Position numbers and translations under genes: made by a program
Shown here: positions 1-9,909 of the stretch, piece after piece
How the letters are laid out: each line of letters starts with the position of its first letter
Numbering within the stretch: position 1 is the stretch's first letter
Notes under the pieces: generated by a model
Told to the model about the DNA's origin: nothing
Seen by the model: only the letters and a program-made list of their open reading frames with translations
The model's database searches: none
Assembly: GCA_965213675.1 (NCBI GenBank)
Contig: OZ243916.1
Span: forward strand, 2,368,001 to 2,432,000
DNA length: 64,000 nt
Reading direction: 5' to 3'
Origin: an uncultured Candidatus Binatia bacterium
GTDB taxonomy: Bacteria > Desulfobacterota > Binatia > UBA9968 > JAJDTQ01

Positions 1-1014
1 GTTGTCCACCAGCGTCAGATAGAACAGCGCCAATCCCCGCAGGGTGAACACCGCGGCAATCAGTTTTCGGGGATCGACCCGATCGGTCAACCAGCCCGAG
101 AACAGCGTTCCGATGATGTTCATGATCCCCATGAGGGCGAACGCAAAACTGACGGTCGCCACCTCGAATCCCTCCTCCAGGGCGTGAGGGATCAGGTGGG
201 TTCCGATGAGCCCGTTGGCGGTGCCGCCACAGATGGAGAACACCCCGCACAGGAGCCAGAAGGTGGGCGTCTTGATGGCGTCCCGGATGCCCATCACCGG
301 TCCGGCGGGCTTCGCTTCCTCCTGCTTGCCTGCCGGTTTGTCCACCGCCGGCGCCTTCTCCGCTCCGATGCCTTCGTTATAGGGCTCCAGGCCAACGTCC
401 GAAGGCTTGTCGCGCATGAGCAACCAGACCATCGTCACCGCCACGCCCGTGCAGGCCACCAGCACGTAGGAGCCCATGCGCCAGCCGATGATTCCGATGA
501 TCAGGAGCATCAACGGGGCGAAGACGATCTGTCCCGAAGAGCTGCCGCTGCTGAGAATACCCACCGCGAGTCCGCGCCGGGCGTTGAACCAGCGATGCGC
601 CACCGAAGCGGAGAGTACGCCGGACATGCCCCCGGCCCCCAGACCGACCATGACGCCCCAGGTCAGCCAGAACTGCCATAGCTCGCTCACGACAGTGGTG
701 CCCAGAAGACCCGCCGACAGCAGGGTCAGCGAGGTCATCATGACCCGGCGCGGACCGTACTTGTCCAGGATCCAGCCCACCACCGGTGCGGCAACGCCGT
801 AGAGCAGGAGATTGATGGAGATCCCGAACGTGATCGCCGAGCGGGCCCATCCGAAGTCCGCTTCGAGGGGATGGATCAGCACGGTGGGGACCACGCGGAT
901 GCCGGCGCCGTTGAAGCTGGCGAAGAAGGTGACGGCGACGACGAGCCAGGCGTAGTGAAAGGGCAGCGGTATGGGCGGACGCGGCCCGGTACCCGGGTTG
1001 GCGGGTTGATTCAT
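1..1014 (-). CDS. MFS transporter (3' end runs off the window)
   Basis: Not in the ORF track. Translated by hand from ATG 1014: MNQPANPGTGPRPPIPLPFHYAWLVVAVTFFASFNGAGIRVVPTVLIHPLEADFGWARSAI...; clearly paralogous to the MFS at 7673-8995. Confidence 0.85.
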   Translation of the reverse strand, partial: MNQPANPGTGPRPPIPLPFHYAWLVVAVTFFASFNGAGIRVVPTVLIHPLEADFGWARSAITFGISINLLLYGVAAPVVGWILDKYGPRRVMMTSLTLLSAGLLGTTVVSELWQFWLTWGVMVGLGAGGMSGVLSASVAHRWFNARRGLAVGILSSGSSSGQIVFAPLMLLIIGIIGWRMGSYVLVACTGVAVTMVWLLMRDKPSDVGLEPYNEGIGAEKAPAVDKPAGKQEEAKPAGPVMGIRDAIKTPTFWLLCGVFSICGGTANGLIGTHLIPHALEEGFEVATVSFAFALMGIMNIIGTLFSGWLTDRVDPRKLIAAVFTLRGLALFYLTLVDN

Positions 1015-1097
1015 CCGATCTCGCTTTCTCGGGAAACATGGGAACGGGGACCCCTCCGAAGACGGATCCCCGTTCCCTTATTGCTGCCGGACTACCA

Positions 1098-2075
1098 TCA
1101 CTTCGGCAACGCGTCGCGCATGGCCTGGGTATGTTCGCTGTAGGCCTTGACGTAGTTGTCCAGGTCGGCCTGCGCCACCTTGGAGTCGCCGGGCACGATG
1201 GGGCTCTTGGACTTGGCCAGGAACTCCTTGTATTCCGGATCGGTCATGGCCTTCATGAACAGGTCTTCGAGGATCTTCTTCCTGTCGTCGGGCACGCCCG
1301 GAGGCGCCACGATGCTTCGGCCCACGTACAGTCGGAGATCGACCCCCTGCTCCTTGGCGGTGGGCGTGTTCGGCGCGTTCACTGCCCGCTCGCCGTGCAG
1401 GTGAAGCACGGGCCGCACGTCGCCCGACGCGATGTAGGTGGCGGTGGTGGGGTGGTCAATGGGTTGCAGATAAACGTCGAAGTCGTTGCGGATCATGGCC
1501 GGTATGCCCTCGCTCGTGCCGGCGTAGCCCGACACCACGTCCATGTGGATGCCGAGCGACTTCGCCGCCACGAAGGTGGGAATCCAGCGCGACACGCCGA
1601 TGCCTTCCACGCCCCATTTCACCCGCTCGGCCTTTCGCAAATCCTCCAGCGTGTGGAACCTGGAGTTCTTGCCCACGATCAGGCTGTAGGGCTCGGCCCC
1701 GACCCGCGCGATGTAGGTGAACTTGGTGACGTCGTAGCCCGTCTTCTCCACGCCGCTGATCAACTGTTTGCCCAGCATGCCGTCGGTGAACAGGTGGCCC
1801 AGCGTGTAGCCGTCGGGCTTGGCCTTGTACATGGCCACCGTGCCGATGACCAGTCCCCCGCCGGTGATGTTCTTCACCACCACGTGGACGCCCTTGGGCA
1901 GGTACTTCCGCATGGTCCTGCCGATGGCCCGGGCCAGACGGTCAAATCCGCCGCCCGGAGAGCCCGCGACGATGATGGTAATGTTCTTCTTCGGAAAGTC
2001 CGCCGCCGAAACGACGGTCGACTGCGCAAAGGCCGTCAGGGCAAACAAAACAGCAATGGCAACCCACTTTCTCAT
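1098..2075 (-). CDS. Tripartite tricarboxylate transporter substrate-binding protein (Bug/TctC family)
   Basis: Signal peptide; FPKKNITIIV, PGGGFDRLAR, VVKNITGGG, KAKPDGYTL and PPGVP motifs. Confidence 0.92.
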   Translation of the reverse strand: MRKWVAIAVLFALTAFAQSTVVSAADFPKKNITIIVAGSPGGGFDRLARAIGRTMRKYLPKGVHVVVKNITGGGLVIGTVAMYKAKPDGYTLGHLFTDGMLGKQLISGVEKTGYDVTKFTYIARVGAEPYSLIVGKNSRFHTLEDLRKAERVKWGVEGIGVSRWIPTFVAAKSLGIHMDVVSGYAGTSEGIPAMIRNDFDVYLQPIDHPTTATYIASGDVRPVLHLHGERAVNAPNTPTAKEQGVDLRLYVGRSIVAPPGVPDDRKKILEDLFMKAMTDPEYKEFLAKSKSPIVPGDSKVAQADLDNYVKAYSEHTQAMRDALPK

Positions 2076-2260
2076 AACCGTCCTCCTGTTCGTAAGCGCC
2101 GTATCTGCCCGATTTTTCAGGGTTCCCCAAGAAACACCATCAGGGGTTCGATGTCAAACCGAGATTTCTCGGACGCCAACACGCAAGGCGTTGCAACGAG
2201 AATCCACGGTGGCATAGTGGCGTAAACTGGTTAGGTCCGTCGACACCAGGAGGAAAGCGT

Positions 2261-2836
2261 ATGGAAATCCGCAAACTCGTCACCGTTGTCGAAGAGACCC
2301 GGCGCGAGTTCCACCGGCCGGTGGAGCCGGCGTCGCGTCAGGCCGCCGCCATCGCGGTCATCGTCAACCCCTACGCGGGGATCTACGACGAGAAGCTCGA
2401 AGAGTTGCAGAAGGCGGGCGCGGAACTCGGCGGCCTGCTGGCTCAACGCGCCATCGACGCGCTGGGAATCGACGGCGGCGCCGTCCACAGCTACGGCAAG
2501 GCGGCCATCGTCGGCGAGAAGGGGGAGCGGGAGCACGCCGCCGCGGTCATGCACCCGCGGCTCGGCAAGCCGGTGCGCGAGATCGTCGGGCCGGCGAGCG
2601 CCGTCATGCCCTCGACCACGAAGATCGGCGGACCGGGGACGGCCATCGATTGCCCGCTACACCACAAGGACGACGTCTGGAAGTTCAGCCACTTCGACTC
2701 GATGCAGGTCTCCGTACCGGACGCCCCGCGGGCCGGCGAGATCGTGGTGGTCCTGGCCATCAGCGACTCCGGCCGGCCGCTGCACCGGGTCGGCGAGGAC
2801 CTGGCCGCCGCCGACGTGATGGCCAAAACCGAATAG
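2261..2836 (+). CDS. 'Amino acid synthesis' (AA_synth) family protein
   Basis: IAVIVNPYAG, SYGKAAIVG.GEREHAAA, SHFDSM and DAPRAGEIVV motifs; AGGAGG RBS upstream. Confidence 0.85.
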   Translation: MEIRKLVTVVEETRREFHRPVEPASRQAAAIAVIVNPYAGIYDEKLEELQKAGAELGGLLAQRAIDALGIDGGAVHSYGKAAIVGEKGEREHAAAVMHPRLGKPVREIVGPASAVMPSTTKIGGPGTAIDCPLHHKDDVWKFSHFDSMQVSVPDAPRAGEIVVVLAISDSGRPLHRVGEDLAAADVMAKTE

Positions 2837-2903
2837 ACAGGCCTCATTGTTTCCTGAATGAGCTCTCTTTGCCTGAAACCACAACAAAGAGTAAATTTCA
2901 CTC

Positions 2904-3896
2904 ATGGTCATCGACGTCCACGCCCACTTCACTCCGCCCGAGTGGATCCGGGCCATGCGCCGGGACGGCGCCCGGCACGGCTGCCACATTGAGGAGGACG
3001 GCTCCGGCGGGCTGTCGCTCCGGGTGGGGGAAGCGCGGCCCGCGGCGCTGCAGCCGTTCCTCTCCGACCTTCCCGCCCGCCTGAGCGCCATGCGGGAGCG
3101 CGGGCTGGACCGGCAGGTGCTGTCGCCGCCCATGACCATCGTCACCTACCAGTTGGAAGGGGTGCACGGGCAGGCGGTGGCGCGGCTCTTCAACGAGACC
3201 AACGCCGAGGCGGCGCGCGACGAGCCGGGGTTGGTCCCCGTGGCCACGATTCCCATGCAGTCGAGCCGGGCGGCGGTGGAGGAACTGCGCTACGCGGTGG
3301 ACGCGCTGGGCATCCGCATGGTGGAGATCGGCACCCACATCGACGGCGTCAACCTCGACGACGAGGCGTTCCGGCCCTTCTTCGAGTGCGCGGCCGACAT
3401 GGGCGTGCTGGTGCAACTGCATCCGCACCGTGTCGCCGCCGCGGAGCGGCTCAGCCGGTACTACATGAACAACCTCGTGGGCAATCCCATGGACACCGCC
3501 ATTGCCGCGGCATCGCTGATCCTCGGCGGCGTGATGGAGCGTTACCCATCGCTCAACATCTGCCTGGTGCACGGCGGCGGCGCCCTTCCGTATCTCCTCG
3601 GCCGCGTGGTCCACGGCCACGGCGCGGTGGACGCGGCGCGCGCCGTAGCGGGCGACCCGGAGTCGTACTTCCGCCGCTTCTACTTCGACACCATCCTGCA
3701 CGACCCGCGCATGCTCGCCTTCCTGCGCCAACTGGCCGGCGAGGAACGCCTCCTGCTGGGCACCGACTACCCCTACGACATGGGCGAGACCGATCCCCTG
3801 GGACTGCTGGGGCGCGCGGGGCTAGGCGGTTCCGGCGCGGTGCGCGGCGGCAACGCGGCGAGGCTCCTGGGGCTGGACAGCGGCAACGGCTCCTGA
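2904..3896 (+). CDS. Amidohydrolase_2 family protein (ACMSD-like decarboxylase/hydratase)
   Basis: IDVHAH, LHPH, VHGGG and GTDYPYDM metal-site motifs. Confidence 0.9.
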   Translation: MVIDVHAHFTPPEWIRAMRRDGARHGCHIEEDGSGGLSLRVGEARPAALQPFLSDLPARLSAMRERGLDRQVLSPPMTIVTYQLEGVHGQAVARLFNETNAEAARDEPGLVPVATIPMQSSRAAVEELRYAVDALGIRMVEIGTHIDGVNLDDEAFRPFFECAADMGVLVQLHPHRVAAAERLSRYYMNNLVGNPMDTAIAAASLILGGVMERYPSLNICLVHGGGALPYLLGRVVHGHGAVDAARAVAGDPESYFRRFYFDTILHDPRMLAFLRQLAGEERLLLGTDYPYDMGETDPLGLLGRAGLGGSGAVRGGNAARLLGLDSGNGS

Positions 3897-4016
3897 GGCG
3901 ACCCGCGAACTCCAGGGCGAATGAGCCGTGTATCCCCCGGAGGCGCCGCCATGCACGCTCAGCATGAACTTCCGGTTACGTTGTTTGTGCACTTCGCGTC
4001 GCCAGCCGGCGCATCG

Positions 4017-4490
4017 TTAATCGTTATCCTGGATCTGGCCACTTATCGTCATCGTGCTCGGCATGGACCGGATGCCGGACGTCGGTGTGACCCACCCCGT
4101 GACGCCGCGGTAGAGCCCGTTGACCTCCTGGTCGTAGAGCTTGAGCTTGAAGACTTCCGGGTCTTCTTTATCGCTGTCGTCAATCGTGTTCACAGAGATC
4201 TTCTTCGTCTTGACCCCCGAATTGAACGTCACGGTGCCGCTGGTGCCCTCGTAGTCCTCGCTTTGGACGGCCGCGTCGTCTTCCGTCTTGTACTTGTAGC
4301 GCACCGCCCAGCCGTTCGGTGCCGCCCCGAGTTCGACGGTGAACTCCATCGTATCGCCCTCGGTTGCGCCGGCGTCCGCGGCGTGGGCCGCTTGCGGCGC
4401 CACGAGCGCGACACCTCCCACCAGCACGACGGCTGCAAGGGCGGCGCGCCATGCGGACCATTCGGTTTTCCTGTTCGAATCCTGTCCCAT
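4017..4490 (-). CDS. Small secreted single Calx-beta domain protein
   Basis: Signal peptide ending AHA; T.D.AA..EDY.GTSGTVTF.SG...K.I.V.TIDD...E..E.F.L.L pattern. Confidence 0.75.
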   Translation of the reverse strand: MGQDSNRKTEWSAWRAALAAVVLVGGVALVAPQAAHAADAGATEGDTMEFTVELGAAPNGWAVRYKYKTEDDAAVQSEDYEGTSGTVTFNSGVKTKKISVNTIDDSDKEDPEVFKLKLYDQEVNGLYRGVTGWVTPTSGIRSMPSTMTISGQIQDND

Positions 4491-4608
4491 GATCCTTCCT
4501 CCTGTCTCGCAAAGGTCTTCTGTTGCGATCAGATCCTGGTCTCCATTTCACTGCCTTCACTGCCTCTCGCGACAATTCGAAAGACCCGGCAGGACATTCG
4601 GCACCGGA

Positions 4609-5103
4609 TCAGGATCCCGATTGAGAAGACGGCGCCACGTCCTTGATCTCGCCGTTAAGCGACTGCTCATTCGGAACGCCATAGAGCTGGTTCCGGAACG
4701 AGACCCACCCGGAGTGCACCGCCGAGAATCCTTTCGCTTCGATATTGTACAATTCCAACGTGAAGTATTCGTCATCCTCCTCAATCTGGTCTGTCAATGT
4801 CGACACGTCCACCGTGTTGGTGCTCTCACCCGAAGCGAAGACCACCTTTCCCGTGTGCGCGGTGTAGTCCTTTCCCGCTTCGGCGGTGCCGTCCACGGTC
4901 TTGAAGGTATAACGGATGGAATAGCCATTGGGAGCAAGGCCAAGGTTCACGGTGAAGGTCATCTTGTCTCCCTCGTCGGCGTCGGTGGCAATCTGGGTGG
5001 TCGCAAACGGCGTTCCTGAATTCATCACCATCACGAACGACACGGCGAGCACCGCAACCAGCGCCAGTCTCCACACCCGCAGCCTTTGCAATGAGCTTTT
5101 CAT
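4609..5103 (-). CDS. Small secreted single Calx-beta domain protein (tandem paralog)
   Basis: Start chosen at MKSSLQ (RBS GGAGG). TVDGTAEAGKDYTAHTGKVVFASGE...DDEYFTLEL; collinear with 4017-4490. Confidence 0.75.
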   Translation of the reverse strand: MKSSLQRLRVWRLALVAVLAVSFVMVMNSGTPFATTQIATDADEGDKMTFTVNLGLAPNGYSIRYTFKTVDGTAEAGKDYTAHTGKVVFASGESTNTVDVSTLTDQIEEDDEYFTLELYNIEAKGFSAVHSGWVSFRNQLYGVPNEQSLNGEIKDVAPSSQSGS

Positions 5104-5305
5104 GGTAGTCCCTCCCTTTCTGAGGCAGCCAGGATACCCCATATGTACGCCACCTGCGCCACAATTGCCTAAACTCGCATAAGACATAACATAATCGCTC
5201 GATATAGGGCAACCGCGAATGCGGCATAGCCGCGTGAGCCCAATGTCCTGAACCCCATTGATGGAACGGATCCTTGTTCATCCGTGGGACTGACTTCGAC
5301 CCCTC

Positions 5306-6331
5306 TCAGTCAACGGCGTTGTCCACGCCCGGCAGCGAGCGCAGGTAAACGGCAATGGCGGTGAGATCTTCATCGCTCAAGTGCTCGTAGCCGTGGACGA
5401 TGACCCGTTCCATGAGGCCCTGGACGTTGTCGCCGTCGGGCTTGTAGCTGCTCTTGAGCAGTTCCACCATGTCCTCCACCGACCAGTCGCCCACCCCGGT
5501 CTGCTCGTGGGGCGTGATGTTGGGGGCGGTCTCGCCCTCCGGCCCATCGGCGGCGCCGGCCATGAAGCGCTCGCGGTCGAGCCCGCCGGCCCAGTCCCGC
5601 GGCGTGTGGCACTCGCCGCAGTGGACCACCGCGTTCACCAGGTACGAACCGCGGTTCCATTGGGCGGACCGGGCCGGGTCCGGTTGCCACGCTCCCTCCT
5701 CGAAATAGCGCCACTTCCAACCCGCCACCAGAAAGCGCCAGCCGAAGGGCGTGGTCAACTCGGGCGCGCGGTTTTCCTTGCGCACGGGTTTCACCGTGGA
5801 CAGGTACGCCTTGAGAGCAAGGACATCCTCGTCGGTCATGCCCGTGAACGAGGTATAGGGGAAGGCAGGAAACAGGTGCTCGCCGCCGCGGCCGATGCCC
5901 CGGCGCATGGCCCGCAGGAACTCCTCGTCGCTCCAGCCGCCGATGCCCGTATCCGGATCCGGCGTGATGTTGGTGCTGTAGATGACGCCGAAGGGAACCT
6001 CGATGGCGTAGCCCCCGGCAAGTTCGGCGCCCTTGTTTTTGAAATCGGTGTGACAGGCGATGCACAGGCCGGCGCGGGCCAGGTACGCGCCTCGCGCCAC
6101 GGGATCATCCGCGGCCAGCGCCGTGGAATGCCTCGGAAGCTCCTTGCCGTTTCCAGCAAGCGCCTTCACCGGAGCGCGGTCCGCCGCCGCCTGCGCAAAC
6201 GTCAGCAGCACCACGGCGAGTAACGCCAACGCCGCCGCTTGTTGCCCTCTCCGACACATGATGCGCGAGCGGGGAGAAGCGACGTCGTGCGTCCCGAATT
6301 TCGCCCGGTAGTGGCTCTTGTCCCTCGCCAC
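5306..6331 (-). CDS. Di-heme c-type cytochrome (dehydrogenase cytochrome c subunit type); start may be 6259
   Basis: CIACH and CGECH heme motifs, NITPD/NITPH repeats, ARGAYL and RGSYLV. Confidence 0.88.
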   Translation of the reverse strand: MARDKSHYRAKFGTHDVASPRSRIMCRRGQQAAALALLAVVLLTFAQAAADRAPVKALAGNGKELPRHSTALAADDPVARGAYLARAGLCIACHTDFKNKGAELAGGYAIEVPFGVIYSTNITPDPDTGIGGWSDEEFLRAMRRGIGRGGEHLFPAFPYTSFTGMTDEDVLALKAYLSTVKPVRKENRAPELTTPFGWRFLVAGWKWRYFEEGAWQPDPARSAQWNRGSYLVNAVVHCGECHTPRDWAGGLDRERFMAGAADGPEGETAPNITPHEQTGVGDWSVEDMVELLKSSYKPDGDNVQGLMERVIVHGYEHLSDEDLTAIAVYLRSLPGVDNAVD

Positions 6332-6370
6332 GACACATCCTCCAGCGGGGCCTGGGAGCTTGCGCCGTGC

Positions 6371-7543
6371 CTACCCGTTGCGGCACACGAAGAGTTGCCT
6401 TGGGCAGTCGTGCATGTTCTCCAGTCCGGTCTCCGTCACACGCATCATCTCGCCAAACTGAACGCCGCGCAACCCGTCCACGGTGACCACGTTGGGCTGG
6501 ATGACGAGGCACATGTTCGCCTCGAAGCGGAAGTCCGGCGGCGCGCCGCGGTGGGTCTTGTGGGTGCGCAGGATCGGCGGCAACTGGCTGGCGCCGTGCA
6601 CCACGTCGTCGTAGACGGTGAAGCCGCGCTCGTGCACCACGTCCGCGGCCTTCAGCACTTCCTCCGTTCCCGCGCCCGCCTTGATGACCCCGGCAATGCG
6701 GTGGAACGCCTCCATGGCCACTTCGTGGAGGCGGCGGTACTCGGCGGTGGGTTCTTCGCCAATGGTAAAGGTGCGCAGCACCTGGCCGGTGTAGCCGCCG
6801 TAGTTGGTGCTGATCTCGGTGACGAGCACGTCGCCCTTCTGCAGGATGCGGTTGGACAGGTGCTGCTGCGGCACCCCACCGTGGGGGTCGCGCATGGAGG
6901 TGGTGATCATGAAGTGGATGCCGTTGATGCCGCCCTTGCCCAGGTAGACGTCCTCGACGATGCGCGCCAGCTCGTGTTCCGGGATGCCGGGGCGCGCGCC
7001 CTCGGCCAATGCCCGCACCGAGTCGTCGCTCATGGCCGAGGCCAGGCGCAGGCGCTCGATCTCCTCGTCGCTCTTGACCTGGCGCTGGTTGCGCATTTCG
7101 GCGCTGAAGTCCGACCACTTCACGCCCGGCAGCGCCTCCACCAGCCGCAGGTAGTGCCGGTACGGCACGCTGCCGCACAAACCCACCGCGCCGTGTTCCA
7201 GCCCCCGGTCCTTCAGGTTCTCCAGCACCCGCGGCACCGAGTCCACCGACCCCGTGGGGCTCGATCCGCCGAAACGCACGTCGTCGATGACGGCCATGCG
7301 GCGGGCGTTGGGCAGGTGGTTGGACAACTGCACGAACAGCGTCGGCTCCCCCGCGCGCGGATAGATGAAGTAGGCCTCGGAGGTGGTGAGCCAGTTGCAC
7401 AGGTAGTGGATGTCCGGCGCGGTGCGGCTGCCGTAGAACACCACCGCGTCCAGGCCCATGCGGTCCATGCGCGCCTGCACCGCGGCGTGGCGGCGGGCGT
7501 ACTCCGCGCCGGAAAAGCTCAGGTAGTCGGGATCGCAAGCCAT
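6371..7543 (-). CDS. M24 (Xaa-Pro peptidase/creatinase) fold protein
   Basis: FSGAEYARR, VKSDEEIERLR, RILQKGD, YGGY...RTF motifs. Confidence 0.82.
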   Translation of the reverse strand: MACDPDYLSFSGAEYARRHAAVQARMDRMGLDAVVFYGSRTAPDIHYLCNWLTTSEAYFIYPRAGEPTLFVQLSNHLPNARRMAVIDDVRFGGSSPTGSVDSVPRVLENLKDRGLEHGAVGLCGSVPYRHYLRLVEALPGVKWSDFSAEMRNQRQVKSDEEIERLRLASAMSDDSVRALAEGARPGIPEHELARIVEDVYLGKGGINGIHFMITTSMRDPHGGVPQQHLSNRILQKGDVLVTEISTNYGGYTGQVLRTFTIGEEPTAEYRRLHEVAMEAFHRIAGVIKAGAGTEEVLKAADVVHERGFTVYDDVVHGASQLPPILRTHKTHRGAPPDFRFEANMCLVIQPNVVTVDGLRGVQFGEMMRVTETGLENMHDCPRQLFVCRNG

Positions 7544-7672
7544 GCGTGTTCTCCGTTGGTTTTCGTCAGGTTGGTTCCAGGGGAGCCGTGGAGCTTGCGC
7601 CGTGATCCATGGTCACTTGGACGATGGCGTCCTGGGCGTAACGGAGCAAGGTCGAAGGACGCCCATCCATTC

Positions 7673-8995
7673 CTACGCGGCCGCCAGTCCGGGCCGGGGC
7701 GGCGTCAACGGGGCCGGCGGGTCCTTGGCGATGGCCATCGACATGAGGGCGGCGAGCACGGCCAGCACCGCGCCGGTGAGGAAGGCCGGCACGTAGTCGC
7801 CGAACACGTCATACGCGATGCCGCTGCCCTGGGCCATGGCGGCGCCGCCCAATTGGTGCGCCAGGAAGATCAGGCCGTAGATGCTGCCCACCGAGTTCTT
7901 GCCGAAGGTGTTGCCGGCGATGGCCACCACCGGCGGCACCGTCGCGAACCAGTCCAGGCCGTAGATCACCGCGAAGACGAACATGCCGGCGGGGCCGGTC
8001 ACCGACGGCAGAATGATCAGGGACACCGCCCGCAACGCATAGATCCAGGCCAGCACCTTGCGCGGGTCCATGCGGTCGCAGAGCCACCCGGCTCCCATGG
8101 TGCCAACGAAGTTCAGGCCGGCCATGATCCCCACGGTGATGCTGGCCACCTGAGGGCTGATACCGATGTCCAGGGCGTGCGGGATCATGTTCGCCCCGAT
8201 GAGGCCGTTGGAGGTGCCGCCGCAGATGGCGTAGGCGCCCGCCAGAAGCCAGAAGGTGCGCGTCCGGAGCGCGTCCCGCACCGTGGAGTTGAGCACCGGC
8301 GCCGCGCCGCCCGGTCTCGCGGCCGCTGCCGCGTTGGCCTCCGACTCGCCCAACGCCTCCTCCCCCACCTCCGCGGGATCGTTGCGCATGAGCCACCACA
8401 CCAGCAGGAACGCCACCACCGCCACGCCCGATAGCGCCATGGCCGCCACGCGCCAGCCCCAGGCCACGATCAGGCTCAAGACCAGCGGGATGAAGATGAG
8501 CTGTCCGGTGGAGCCGGCGCTGTTCAGCAGGCCCAGCACCACCCCGCGATGGCGCACGAACCAGCGATGGGCGACGCTGGCCGCCAGCACCGACGAAATG
8601 CCCCCCGCGCCGCTGCCGACGATCAGCCCCCACACCAGCAGGAACTCCCACAGCCGGTTGATGAACGCGGTGGCTCCCGCCCCCACCGCCAACAGCGTCA
8701 GCGCGATGAGCATCACCACCCGCGGCCCCTTGCGGTCCTGGAAGCGCCCGGCGATGGGACCGATGGCGCCATAGAGCACCAGGTTGATGGACACCGCGGC
8801 GTTGATCGCTCCGCGGCTCCAGCCGAAGTCCGCTTCCAGCGGACGCACGAAGGTCTGCGGCGCGGCGCGGATGCCCGCGGCCAGAAGCGACGCCGTGAAG
8901 GTCGTCGCCACCACCACCCAACCGTAGAAGAACCGGACGTTGAGCGGATTGCGGCGGCGCGGGACCTGTTCGTCGGGTTGCGTCGAGGACGTCAA
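7673..8995 (-). CDS. MFS transporter
   Basis: About 12 hydrophobic segments with FFYGWVVV, EADFGWSRG and WFVRHRG. Probable TTG start at 8995 overlaps the dppC stop (TTGA). Confidence 0.88.
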   Translation of the reverse strand: MTSSTQPDEQVPRRRNPLNVRFFYGWVVVATTFTASLLAAGIRAAPQTFVRPLEADFGWSRGAINAAVSINLVLYGAIGPIAGRFQDRKGPRVVMLIALTLLAVGAGATAFINRLWEFLLVWGLIVGSGAGGISSVLAASVAHRWFVRHRGVVLGLLNSAGSTGQLIFIPLVLSLIVAWGWRVAAMALSGVAVVAFLLVWWLMRNDPAEVGEEALGESEANAAAAARPGGAAPVLNSTVRDALRTRTFWLLAGAYAICGGTSNGLIGANMIPHALDIGISPQVASITVGIMAGLNFVGTMGAGWLCDRMDPRKVLAWIYALRAVSLIILPSVTGPAGMFVFAVIYGLDWFATVPPVVAIAGNTFGKNSVGSIYGLIFLAHQLGGAAMAQGSGIAYDVFGDYVPAFLTGAVLAVLAALMSMAIAKDPPAPLTPPRPGLAAA

Positions 8996-9909
8996 AGCCC
9001 TGTTCCCGCCCGCTTGAGCCGTGGGTCCAGGACGTCGCGCAGGGCGTCGCCCAGAAGGTTGATGCCCAGCACCGTGATGAAGATGGACAGCCCGGGGAAC
9101 AGCGCCAGCCACCATGCCGTGCTGATGTAGATGCGGCCGTCGGCGAGCATGGTGCCCCAGGTGGGAATCTCGGGAGGCACGCCCAGGCCCAGGAAGCTGA
9201 GGCTGGCCTCGGAGATGATGGACGAGGCCATGGCGAAGGTGCCGATGACCAGCGACACCTGGATCAGGTTCGGGATGATGTGGCGCGAGATGATCTGAGC
9301 GTCACTGGCGCCCAGCGATTTGGCCGAGATAACGAACTCCCGCGCCTTGAGGGACAGGCTCTGGCCCCGGGTCACGCGGCAGTACTGGATCCAGCGCTGC
9401 GCCACCAGCGCGATGATCAGGTTGAACAGGCCCTGGCCCAGGAACGCCATGATGGTCAGGGCCAGCAGCAGCGGCGGAAAGGCCCACACCACCTCCACGA
9501 GCTTCTGGATGGTGAAGTCCACGTTGCCGCCGAAATACCCCGAGGTGGCCCCTAGCACCACCCCGACGAGTCCGGAGATGAACACCACGGCAAAGGCGAT
9601 GAGCAACGACACCCGGGCGCCGAAGACGATGCGGCTCAAAATGTCACGGCCGAGGTTGTCGGTGCCAAGGAAGTGGGGACCCCAGAACCACTGGGGCGCG
9701 TTCAGCATGGTCTCCAGGCTCTGCTGGTTCGGGTCGTAGGGCGCTACCAGAGGCCCGAGAGCCCCGGCGATGATGAAGATCAACACGATGGAGCCGCCCA
9801 CGTAGACCTTGACGCGCATCCACGGACGCCACCACTGGTTGCGGGGCTTCCGGGCGCCGGAGTCCGGAGCGCCGGTGCTAATACCGTATTCTTGGGTCGA
9901 TGACTGCAT
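8992..9909 (-). CDS. Peptide/nickel ABC transporter permease (DppC/OppC-like)
   Basis: LGTDNLGRDILSRIVFGARVSL, EAA-loop-like EFVISAKSLGA, GDALRDVLDPR. Confidence 0.93.
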   Translation of the reverse strand: MQSSTQEYGISTGAPDSGARKPRNQWWRPWMRVKVYVGGSIVLIFIIAGALGPLVAPYDPNQQSLETMLNAPQWFWGPHFLGTDNLGRDILSRIVFGARVSLLIAFAVVFISGLVGVVLGATSGYFGGNVDFTIQKLVEVVWAFPPLLLALTIMAFLGQGLFNLIIALVAQRWIQYCRVTRGQSLSLKAREFVISAKSLGASDAQIISRHIIPNLIQVSLVIGTFAMASSIISEASLSFLGLGVPPEIPTWGTMLADGRIYISTAWWLALFPGLSIFITVLGINLLGDALRDVLDPRLKRAGTGL

